This document shows, in pieces, positions 1-10,373 of a DNA stretch of 64,000 nt. How positions within the stretch are numbered: the stretch's first letter is position 1; every line of letters starts with the position of its first letter. Below the pieces are notes generated by a model. The model had not been told where the DNA came from, made no database searches, and worked only from the letters and a program-made list of their open reading frames with translations. Source of the stretch: Orbicella franksi (taxonomy: Eukaryota); contig OZ116700.1 in the NCBI GenBank assembly GCA_964199315.1, forward strand, positions 15,934,001 to 15,998,000, given 5' to 3'. The translations under genes were made by a program, and so were the position numbers.

Positions 1-380
1 TACATGTGATTGTGGATGATGCTGTTTCCATGGCAGGGGACGAATGTGGAGTGCAAAGATTGAGATCTCAGGTGGACATCTTTGGCATCAACCCTGTAAA
101 TCAGGTGGCAAATTTGTTGAGAGGCGCAGAATTTGTCAAGATCGTTCAGTGTAATTGTTTGGCATGAGCATATGTTTCTTATTATTGTGAACTCTGAACA
201 GTTTATCATTATTGACTCACATTGCCACATCAACAAAGGAGCTATAATTGCATGTTGTCAGATGGGAAATATCCTTTCCCTGGCGTTGTGGATGGACGCC
301 ATGATGAATGCAACTTGGCAGTGCTCGTTAACCATAGCTTTAATATCTAAAGTATTTCATAACAATCTGCAAATCCCATT
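1..380 (+). pseudogene. Frameshifted coding remnant, possible papain-fold (herpes C76-like) protease fragment
   Basis: Open frame from base 3 (HVIVDDAVSMAGDECG...) shifts into ORF 133-396, which contains FIIIDSHCH..GAIIA, a hydrophobic-D-S-H motif. Motif resemblance only; the 5' part is off-window. Confidence 0.3.
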
Positions 381-1144
381 GAAAATGATCCCTTAAGGTA
401 CCTGCCCAGGGTATTTTGTGGCATATCTAGGCAAGCACCAAGAGCAAAATGATGTCACAGATGGACACCAAATCCCTACAAAATCGATCTTCAGTGAATG
501 AAAAACTCGAAAGTTCTGACATTTTTCTTGTAGTGGGTTTCCTACAGTGTTTTTATAGTTAATCATTAACCTGTGTCTGTGAAAGAGATTTGCATTTCTC
601 TCCATTGTATTAGCAAAATCAGTAAAAATAAAAACAAAAATTTGTTATTGAGAAAGAAAAGGACAAACAGTTTCGGTTTTAGAAAAATGTATATGAAGCT
701 CTTGTTATGACCAGGTGAAGGTAACTGGACTTTGTGCACATGCGAGAAACCAACACTTACTTCATTCCCCTCACCTAAACTAGGATTTGTCCAACTATAC
801 CTTTTGTAAATGCCTGCCAAATTTCCACGGTAGAGGACAGTTAATTTTCTAGGAAAACTAAATTTCTTGGTTGCAGCTCTCTATGAAACAGTAAAAGTCA
901 AATAAAATGTTGCTGTCCTTGAGAAATGAAGCGCAATTGTTCTACGATCATCAGGACACTTCTATCCGCCATTTTGGTTTTATTTCCGCTGGTCAGTTCC
1001 TTCTCAATATCGCCGTAACCACATTTTATCCCGCTGTACTTTCCCCTACCTGGTCGGGAGTTTTGTTTTATTGGCTGCTAGGTGTGCTGTGAAATCTGAT
1101 CGTAACAAAAATTACTATGTGAGTTATATCCAGTGAGAAATAAG

Positions 1145-4100
1145 ATGGTGCGGCCAAAGAAAAAGAAAAGGTTATCAAAAGCAGATTGGAAAAGTATTAG
1201 GAAGGCAAGGGGAGAAAAGTTAGCTGCCACAAGGGGTGTAGGAGCAGGCAGCAGAAAGAAGTTTATGCTCCCTGCAAAATGGAAAGAGAGAAGTTAAAAA
1301 TCAGGAGGACACAAGCAAGTACAGTTTGAAAGCCCCGGTAAATCTGTGTACCAATCTCGGAAAGAAGTAGAGAGAGTGCTAGTGTCAAGAAATTTAAAGG
1401 ATTGTCTGAACAAAGGCTGTGCTACTTCAGAAGAGTCAAGTCAAGATGAATCAGCCGGCTCAGAATACATCCTGACAGATGAAGAAACTTCAAAAGTGGT
1501 CGCCTGCAGTATTAAGTGTGAAGAACAATCAAAGGCAATGGAGCGAAGATTCTTCGTCTGCGAGACAACATAGCTCACGGATTCAGTGAACCAAATCAAT
1601 GAAACTTCAAAGTGCTCAACAAAAGACTGCAACGGTAAGTAATTACACCGACAGCTGAAAATGGCAGCAGGACTTTTTAGGCTCGTATTTGTCTAAGATT
1701 GAAGTTATCACACTCACCGTACCTTAGTTCTTCAAACCAGTGTTATTATTTGTGAAATACAATATGTGATTGTAGTTCTCTCAATCAGGTAGTCAAAAGT
1801 ATATTTCGTTGAAATTAATTTTCTTGAGAATTTCTCACAAATGCTTTTCATGGCTAAGATTGTGTTTATTTTCCCCAAATCAGTCAGCTGTTCAATGGAT
1901 GTTTTATATTTCAGAAATGCACTAAACTTTGTTTTGTTTGTTTGAAAGGACTTTTTTGTGAAGTGAAGATGTCTTTGACTATTCCTTGTAAATGCCTAAG
2001 CCAATAACAAATGTTATGCTTGTAAAAATCTGTCCCAAACCAGCAAACCCTCAGGCATCAACAACTATTACAATAAACGCAAGTGTAGTCATTAAATTAT
2101 GAGCAATTTTTTTCTGAATGGTAATGTAAGCTTAAAGATATTTTTTCCTCTTATTTTCTATAGGTATTCTAGTAGTTACTTAAGTGGAAACTAGCGGTCT
2201 TGGAGGATCCTTGCAAGTGTCGTTTGCCTGCAGTAACTGTAGTATGTAAACAGTGAATTTCAATGGATCTGCTTTTGTTGAAGGATCAAGGAGAACAGTT
2301 GTAGGCCATGCACCGGCTGTGGCATTCTTTATTACCGGACATGGGTATGCAAAGTTTTCAAGGACATTGAAACAGTGTCTGGGGATCAGTTGCATTTCCA
2401 AAAATCCTCATTACGATACAATTAAACCGGTGTATCCACACATCACAGATATTCTGAATGAGATGTGCGAGGAAGAAAAGCAAAGAATGAAAGCAAAAGA
2501 GGAAGGAGAGTTGGGCAGTTGGGAGAGGGCTGTTGTCACATCAGATGGCATGAGGCATACACATGGTCATTTTAGTAAGAATGGGTCATTTACTGTAAAA
2601 AAATTATTTGACTGGGGGATTGTTCTAGTATGGACACAAGTGTATGCGGGGAAAAGATACTGTGGTGAACAAAGAGTTGTTTGAAGGAACTGCAAAGTCC
2701 ATGGAGGGGATTCTTGCAGAGGAATGTTACAAGCAAGCTGCAGATGAGGGTTGTAAAGTGGAAGTTGTGTGGCAAGATGGTAACTCCAGTGCTGCAAAGG
2801 CCATCAGACAGTACCATCCAGATGGCAAAGTGTTCAAGTGTGGAGGACATGTTGGCAGAGCCCACACCAACTAGTTGACAGACCAAGAAGAAGGAATTCT
2901 CAGCAGACATAAAGAGAAAATACAAAGATATTTTTCCTCTTGTGTCGTGGTTGAAATGCAAATGTGATCGATATAAGGCTGGTTGTGGTTGTCTGAGTGA
3001 TAGTTTTTTGACAAGTACTCGTGTTAGCCACTTCTGTTGTCTGCAGCAATGTGAAGATTCCCAAAAGTATGCTCGGCGAATGAGAGCTCTTGGTGCAGAG
3101 ATATTCATGAATAGGACGAAGGCGAATCTTGGGGATTCCATGAAAACATTGTCTGTTCTTGCATGAGATGTGATGAGGATGAGGAGATCCAGCATGAAGA
3201 TCAGGCCTACAAGACGAAGGCTAAGCTAACATGTGATTTCCACCAGATGGTGTATCGTTTGGAATGTGAATGCCGTGCAGGAGATGCTGACAATGTCATC
3301 CACCCTACCATGAGTAGAGGTCACTCCAACCTCTGCGAAGCCCACTTCAGTGTCCTGCCAGATTTCTGAGCTAAGGATCAGAATCTTTGGAGGTAAGAAT
3401 TATTTAATCGTATCTGTAGGAAGATGCTCCATTGTTATAATTCTCTGTTTGCCTAATTTTGCTATATGATCTTGTTGAAATTATATTTTTTGTTGTAGGC
3501 ATGCATGCCAATTGGTTGCACTGAAATGAGTCCACAGAAGTAAAAATAAGTTCACTTAGATATTAGAATCTTATCTTACACATTTGCGGTTCCAGAAAAT
3601 TCATTAGAAATTCTCAGGTGGAAAGGGGGGTTCTCAAAAGTCAAAACTTTTAAAGGGAAGTATGAATCTAAAATTGAATGTTCAGAGGGGTGGGGGTTTC
3701 AAATAAAACCTTCCATTGTTGGGGGGTATGGATATTTCTTGGAACAACACAATTGGAAAAGGCTGGAAAAAAAGTAAAGGGTTTCCTGTTATTGGACTGG
3801 TAGTTTCTTTTCAATTACACTACACGACTTTGACAAATTGTGGGTTTTGCCAAGGGAACATGACGTGGTGCTATGAAGCCCGTGGCAAGTCTTACCAATG
3901 GATAATCGACCTGTATGACAGACTTCAGTTGCCAGTCATACCATCCATCACAGAGAGAAGTTGAAGAATGCATGATGGAAATAGAAAAGGGGAGAACAGA
4001 CCCCAAAAAGATCAGAATTCAGATGAAGGTGGCCAGAGCAGAGGAGCAGAAGGCAAGGAAGAAATGGGTAAAAAGGCAAGCAGTCCCACACACATACAGA

Positions 4101-4290
4101 TAATGATAATGATGATGATGGAGACAATGAAGAAGACCCCAACCTGGTAACTGCAGCAAGACAAGTCATTGGTGTGGCAGAGCTAAGTGATGGAACTCGA
4201 ACCCTCATCAGTGGGAGAACCTGTAAGTGTGGATCCAGACAACATCAAAGGACAACACATTCAGCCTGTCCTTTAAACAAAAGAAGAAAG
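1145..4290 (+). pseudogene. Kolobok-type (Mutator-like fold) DDE transposase pseudogene, spliced
   Basis: Exons about 1145-1634, 2164-3392 and 3780-4290 with GT/AG ends. Motifs AVVTSDG..HTHGHFSKNG, FEGTAKSMEG, VWQDGNSS, CGGHVGRAH, GHSNLCEAHFS and C-terminal CKCGSRQHQRTTHSACP. Several stops and frameshifts. Confidence 0.85.
3584..3752. repeat. Short degenerate MITE-like repeat in transposase intron
   Basis: Ends TTGCGGTTCCAGAAAA and TTCTTGGAACAACACAA are imperfect inverted repeats around about 170 bp of non-coding DNA. Confidence 0.4.
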
Positions 4291-4905
4291 AAAGAAATTT
4301 CAATGAACACTGTACTCCTGTATGATTGGCATGGAGCTGTTATTCATTAAGTTGTAAGTTTCTTATGTACAACCTTTCTGGAATTGACAATAATTTTCAA
4401 CTTATTTATAAGTCATAGAGGTTGCATGTTGGCAGAAATTGGTCATCTATTTAGAAACTAAAAGAACCATTGACCAGTGTAATGAAAAGTACCAAGGGCC
4501 TGTTTAATTACATGAGGCCTGTATGGATGCTAGCCTGGGTAAGGCCTCCATCTAAGCATTTACATCAAGCCATCACTGTTTGGTTATCTCACCCTTGAAT
4601 TGGCCCTGAGCTATGAAGGTTTAAAAAGCTGTTAGCAGTCTGGAATATCCCAATATATTAGGACAGCCGTGACTCGCATTTGAACCAATGAGAATTCGCG
4701 TTGCGATTCGAGTGTCACGTGTCAAAACAAAGCAGTAGTTCCAAGATGGCGGACGAAGGGAGATTCAGCGAGTCGTTCTGTCCATTTATATTATTCGAAC
4801 AGTAAGGTAAATAATTGTGACATTGTATATTTTGTATTAATTAAAGAAGGATTTGAAAGGCAACTCTGTTTTTGAGTTCTTTGAAAGGGTCTTGAAAGAG
4901 TTTAA

Positions 4906-5766
4906 AGTGCCTATAACCCCAAAACATTTTTTTCGCCTAATCAAATCTCTGTATGGAATTGGGAAAAATGTCGCAAAAATTTTTGAATTCGGTTAAAACC
5001 CAAATTTTTTACGAATTTTTAAAGTTGGCGCTGTTAAGAGCACGACCGAGCATTCGGGAGAATGGGACTAGTGACGTCATTCCAGGCCATTGCCAGCGTC
5101 GCTCCAGTATAAACTCTCACGTTGTTTTGTGTGTGGGATAGAGTACTGAGGGTTAGTTTTTCGTCAAAAGAACTGTTATTTGACTCAACAAAAGTTTGAA
5201 TATTCAAACGTACTTATAATGTCGTCCAGCGATTCTAGCTTGCATATCGACGTTTGTCAATCCAGGGAACATTACTTCGTAGTCCTCTTCTCGGAAATGC
5301 TTTGAGCACACTGCCGAGTACTTCGTGGGCTCCCAATGAGCACGCTTAGATTTTACGAAGTCAACCCATTGCTTTCTTCTTTTTCGCTTCTGCGGTTCAT
5401 CAGCCCCTTCAAAAGGTATGGGATGAAGCGAAATACCTTCTGCCTTACTTGGCTTATTATTACAGCCGAAAACAACGCATTTATCTGGCATTTTCAAGAT
5501 TTCTGACCTTCCGAAGCGAAGCAAACGCGGTTCCAAACAAGAAAGCGATCAATGGCCTGGAATGACGTCACAAGTTTCGCTATACCCAGACCCTTTTCAG
5601 TGACTCTGTGACTCGGTCGTGTTTTGAAAAAGTGCCATTTTTCCGATCTTTAAAAAATCATAAAAAATCGCGGTTTGAATCGAATTAAAAAATTTTTGCG
5701 ACATTTTCCCCAATTCCGTACAGAGATTTAATTAAGCGCAAAAAATTTTTTCGTGTTATAGGCACT
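4906..5766 (-). mobile_element. Non-autonomous Kolobok-type derivative (861 bp) retaining a THAP domain
   Basis: TTAA|AGTGCCTATAAC ... GTTATAGGCACT|TTAA. Imperfect inverted repeats of about 190-215 bp, both containing GTGACGTCATTCCAGGCCATTG. Confidence 0.85.
5204..5491 (-). CDS. THAP zinc-finger domain (truncated transposase N-terminus)
   Basis: MPDKCVVFGCNN...LHPIP...KQWVDFV...AVCSKHF: the C2CH THAP signature with conserved P, W and AVCSxHF. Confidence 0.9.
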   Translation of the reverse strand: MPDKCVVFGCNNKPSKAEGISLHPIPFEGADEPQKRKRRKQWVDFVKSKRAHWEPTKYSAVCSKHFREEDYEVMFPGLTNVDMQARIAGRHYKYV

Positions 5767-6809
5767 TTAAAGAAGGCTAGCAATTAGCTTGATCAAATCA
5801 CCACATCAGAATTAAAGGCGCAGCCAGCACGATTTAATAGAGCTTAAGAGAGACTACTTTGAAGAATTCTGGGTTTATTTCCGTTTTTGTTCCCTAATTA
5901 GTGGAATCGCATACCCTTACATATACTGAACTGATTTGACTTATATTGAACTGATTCGACTTAATCTTAATGAAGGGGGCGTTGTTCGATCAATCGAGGA
6001 TTGCAAGTACGTTTTGATGTTCCGCCATAACTCCGAAATTCAAAATGCGTTGCATTGGCCAATTTCAACTGTTATAAAGCGGGGAGAATTAACAAATAAC
6101 TCACTTTCTGGTTAATTTTCAAAACGATTCAAGCAAGAGAGACTTTTTTGCGACATACAAACACGTATGAAACCAGCAATGAATTTCTGTAACCCATAGC
6201 CCAAAAAGTGAAATATAATACAAGGGCAGGTATTTTTGTTTTAAGAAAATCCCACAAAGAATATTCAAGTAATTCAAAGATACGAATTTATTGAACACCA
6301 AAACTGGTACACTTTTCTATGTTTATGTTTCAACTTTTATGTCATTCAACTTTTATGTTCCACAGATATTCAAAACCATGCAATAAATTTGTAGTTGATT
6401 CAGTGTTAAAATTATTTACTGCGACCAAAAATATATATAAAAAAATGTGCACTGATAAACAACACCACTTCATTCTTTATATCACTACTTATTAAAACGA
6501 GAAACAGGAACAAAAACAAGTCATCCGTCCTTGCTCTCTTCTCTTTGTCCTTCATCTCTCTTCACTTCTTTGGCTTTTTTGTCTCACTGTGTTAACTGAA
6601 AATAAGAAACTTTTGATCACAACTAGAAAACATGTAAGGGTAGATGTTTTCAGTTTTCATTGATTGATAATCCAGCCTTTCACTAAATGGCTTTCTTATG
6701 ATTGCTTTTACTGATTTTCATATGTTCTGTGATGAAAAAAACTACAAATAATAAATAAGCAAGGAAATACATTGAATGTGTACAGACAAGTCTCTTTGTT
6801 TTTCTCAGG

Positions 6810-7383
6810 ATGAATCAGTCACAACTTACTGTAGTGTAGAAAGACTATTGGATAATAACAAAGAGGGGCAGGAGTAGTAATTGATGAAAGCAACCAACTC
6901 ATATCATTACAAGAATTACTTATAAGTACTAATTGGAAACCTGCACTTCCATCGTCTCAAGGCCCTCAACATCTGGCAGATGAGACCTTACGATGCCTTC
7001 AACCCTATCTGCAAATTCCTTTGTCACTTTTAAAACCCACATACATGGGATTACAGCCCCTCCACCAGTCTGTTTGTTTTTTTCCACTTCTGGGTGGTGG
7101 GCGGTTTTTTACTGACTGTTGGTTCACCAGTGACATGACTGTAACAAAGAAACACAAGCTCGTTAACCACGGAACAAGACTTGAAGATTTCCAGGGAAAT
7201 ATCAATTTTGATGTATGCCAATGTCAGTAAAAAATAGGTTTTCAAAAGAAAGATGACTGGCTAAAAATATTGAATAATGATGCAGAACTAAAGAAGAGAT
7301 CACCTCTTGGCAAGATCATCAGCGACTGGGGATTTTCCCATCCATATACAACAAAAAACTGTTCTCAGCATACTAACCCGTGA
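6810..7383 (+). pseudogene. Degenerate reading frame of unknown function inside the 4636-15996 element
   Basis: Acceptor TTTTCTCAG at 6809, then about 190 codons with one frameshift and one stop (...ISLQELLISTNWKPALP...DDWLKILNNDAELKKRSPLGKIISDWGFSHP). A possible first exon starts at AAGATGGCGGAC (4746). No homology recognised. Confidence 0.4.
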
Positions 7384-7921
7384 ACTGATTTGATTCGTCT
7401 CTCCTCGAGTAGCTGGACGAAAGTTTTATTAAGAAAATATTGGACACGGCCGAGAGGCTTTCCCACTACTTCTCTCACTTTGTATTCCATTCGCCTTGAT
7501 TTACTTTTCATGACCGTGTCCAATATTTCATCATCCAAAGCATGTGGCACTTTGCAGAGAAGTGCATAGGAATCTCTGGCCGTGTCTGCATCTTCCTGTT
7601 CCACTGTCACTGTGCAGCCAATGGGCAGCTTAATTCCAAACTTGTGGTACCTAAAATAGAATAGTCGTGGCTTACTATTGCAATTCTATTTTCAGAAAAC
7701 ATGAGTTTTAACCGAAAGATAACATCTGAAGTCTATGAAAGAGTGGTGCCTTACCCTTTAATCACACCATTCGTAATTTGTATCTCCACATCGCTGAATT
7801 CCTCGCCTTCTTCAAGGACACTGTGATCTAGTAGTACAAGGAAACATGCAAAGATCTATGCATTCGGTAGCACTGAATATTAACAAACAGGGAATAATTG
7901 TTTCTTACCTCGTTTCGCCAT
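7365..7921 (-). CDS. Three-exon HIRAN-like protein gene
   Basis: Exons 7921-7909, 7827-7755 and 7650-7365 splice in phase with GT/AG: MAKRDHSVLEE...VIKGYHKFGIKLPIGCTVTVEQE...RDSYALLC...GKPLGRVQYFLNKTFVQLL. This fits the xGYH...E..N..D.YA...VG.V HIRAN pattern. Confidence 0.6.
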
Positions 7922-8144
7922 ATTGTACCAAAATACTAAATAATTTAGCACGAATGCTACTGTGGCAATCCAGCAAGATGGCAAGATGCAACCTGAGTTT
8001 CCGCGACATTTTCCCGGCAGCAAATTTGGCCTTCTCATTGGCTTACAAACTAAGCTGTTGTCACATCTGGAATTGTGATTGGTTGAAATAACCGTATGTT
8101 TACATGCTGCGATAAGCGACATGCTCAAGTAGCCACATTTGAAA

Positions 8145-8843
8145 ATGGATTCAGAGGTAAATTATGCTGCCAACAACAAGAGAAATGCTTCAGACCAAGC
8201 GCACAAATCCAAGTAAGGATAAAAAGCTATAACTCATATTGCTTAACTACAACATCTAATTAGAGCGTAGCCCAATTGTACCACAGGAAAACTCAATTCA
8301 ACACTCATACCCCACGCGTCCTGCATCCAACACATCATTTCATTTCTGTCTATTTCACAGGCAAGACATAAATCAAGATAAAGGTCTAAAAAGGTCAAAA
8401 AAGGGAAAGGAGAACGTTACACTTAAACAAGACCCTCGCCAACATTCTAAAGTTTTGTACCAGCGACGCAAAGGCTTATTTCAATCGGGGTTTAAGCTAA
8501 ACAAAATGATTGGGGTAGAGGGTACTCATTGTAGTTCAAAACCAAAGAGAAAGGAGGTTTTTTGGAACAGGATCCTTACAAGAGGAATATTTGTCTGGCA
8601 AATTACACGGCACTGGTAAAGAAGAAACGCAAGGTAGATGTGGAGAAAATTGCGCAAACAGTGCAGTAGTTTGTCCACTAGAAGACACCTAGTCCAGCTG
8701 CTGGCCAAAGTACAGGTAGACTTTCAGCCATAGTTGGTAGAGCCAGATCTAAAAGATTTCTCGACATGCCCACCACAGGTCCAGTAAAAAAAGTATTGTT
8801 GGATAAACCAATACCAGTTGTTCTGAGTCAGGATAAGGGCTGA
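8145..8843 (+). pseudogene. Two-exon MADS-box (SRF-like) gene remnant
   Basis: Exon 8145-8212 joins exon from 8361 in phase 2. QRRKGLFQSGFKLNKMIGVE/VLIVVQNQRERRFFGTGSL aligns in register with the SRF MADS core KRKTGIMKKAYELSTLTGTQVLLLV...FATRKL after removing one extra G at 8521. Confidence 0.55.
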
Positions 8844-9439
8844 GTACAGGAAAAATAATTTCCATAGCTACAAGCCCCCTCCCCCCTTCCCCTTACCACC
8901 ACCCCCTAAAACCTTAAAATTCCAGGTAGAGTGAATGTCATGGGCACTGCTTAAAATTATTTCATCCCCATAGTCATCTGCATATAATGTTTTTATTATT
9001 GTTTCCTGAAACCTTGAAATAAGAAACCATAAATGGAACTTACTGGACTTTTGGTTTGGCTTGAGACGGCAAAGTAGTGAGAGTGGTTTAGTTTTGCTGC
9101 CCCCAGTTCAATCCCACACACATTAAACTCATCCTTTGCTATATCTGTTTTGTTATTTCGCATTGCAGTTCAAAATAGATTACACATGTTCTCTTGCACA
9201 ATCGACTTTTCTTGTTGAATTCCAGAAAACCTATCAGAAAACCAGATAGTGGCAAATTGTTCACAAGTTTATATAATGATTTACATTAATTTACTTGAGT
9301 GTTCTTTCATTATTTACATAAATGTACATTGCTAAACAGTGACAAAATACCTTCAATTTTCAAAGATCTTTCAAATAAAGTGTACAATCTTAGAATTGAT
9401 AACTTATATTCATGGCCCTCATTTAGAGAAGGAAAAATA

Positions 9440-10310
9440 CCGTATTTACCCGTGTATTAGTCGATCCCGTGTATAAGTCGACCCCCAATTTTTGAGGCCA
9501 AAAACTAGATTTTCTTAATTTCCAGGTAAGAATTTCTTGGAAAACTTATCTTGTATTTCTTAAAATTATCTTTCAGCTACCACAGATATGTAAACAAATC
9601 ACAGCATGTTTCAACGTGCAGTTTTAAAGCTTATTATGGCAGGTATACGAGCGTTTTACCCAGTTTAGCAACACATGTGCATGCAGACTTTTCGATGATA
9701 ATTTTTGTAAAATGCTCACAAAAATCAAATGTAAGGATTTCAAACAAGCCTTTTTAAGTGCGAAGAGATTAAAAGTGGCTTTATAAGACAGGCAAAACAC
9801 CAAAGAAGCTCACGACTTTCAGAACGACGCCATAAACTAAGTGCAAAGCGTGTGTTGGGAACTTGGTAGTCAAGCCTTGAAATCGGTCAAGTACTGGTAC
9901 AGAAGTCCTCGCACTCGTATCCTGCCGGGTTACCAAGCAGAGAAGTTTCAAGCGTGAAAGATATTTTCTCCGAGCGGCTTTACTACGGCTTTGTTTAGAG
10001 GAAAAATATTGGTTCTTTATGACGAAATTGAGCCAGTGAGTGTCTACAAGATTCAGGTTAAAATTTAACGGATAAATGTTGATGCATTTCAACTTGAAGC
10101 TCTGATATGGAGAGACAGATCGCTAAGCGAACGTACGTTGTAAACTGTGCTGCCGTTTATCACATGTTTGTTAACATCGAAAGACAATTATTATGCTAAT
10201 TGTTTGACTGGCGCTTGGATCTCAAGTTTTGACCCATGTATAAGTCGAGGGCAAATTTTTGGACTGATTTTTAGGTCTTGAAAGGTCGACTTATACACGG
10301 GAAAATACGG
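9440..10310. mobile_element. Tc1/mariner-pogo-type MITE (TA TSD)
   Basis: TA|CCGTATTTACCCGTGTAT ... ATACACGGGAAAATACGG|TA, with internal GTATAAGTCGA repeats at both ends. No transposase recognised. Confidence 0.8.
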
Positions 10311-10373
10311 TAGACTTTGTATTTGAAAGATCATTACTGTTCACTGTTAAATATAAATAAAGGACATGACCAT

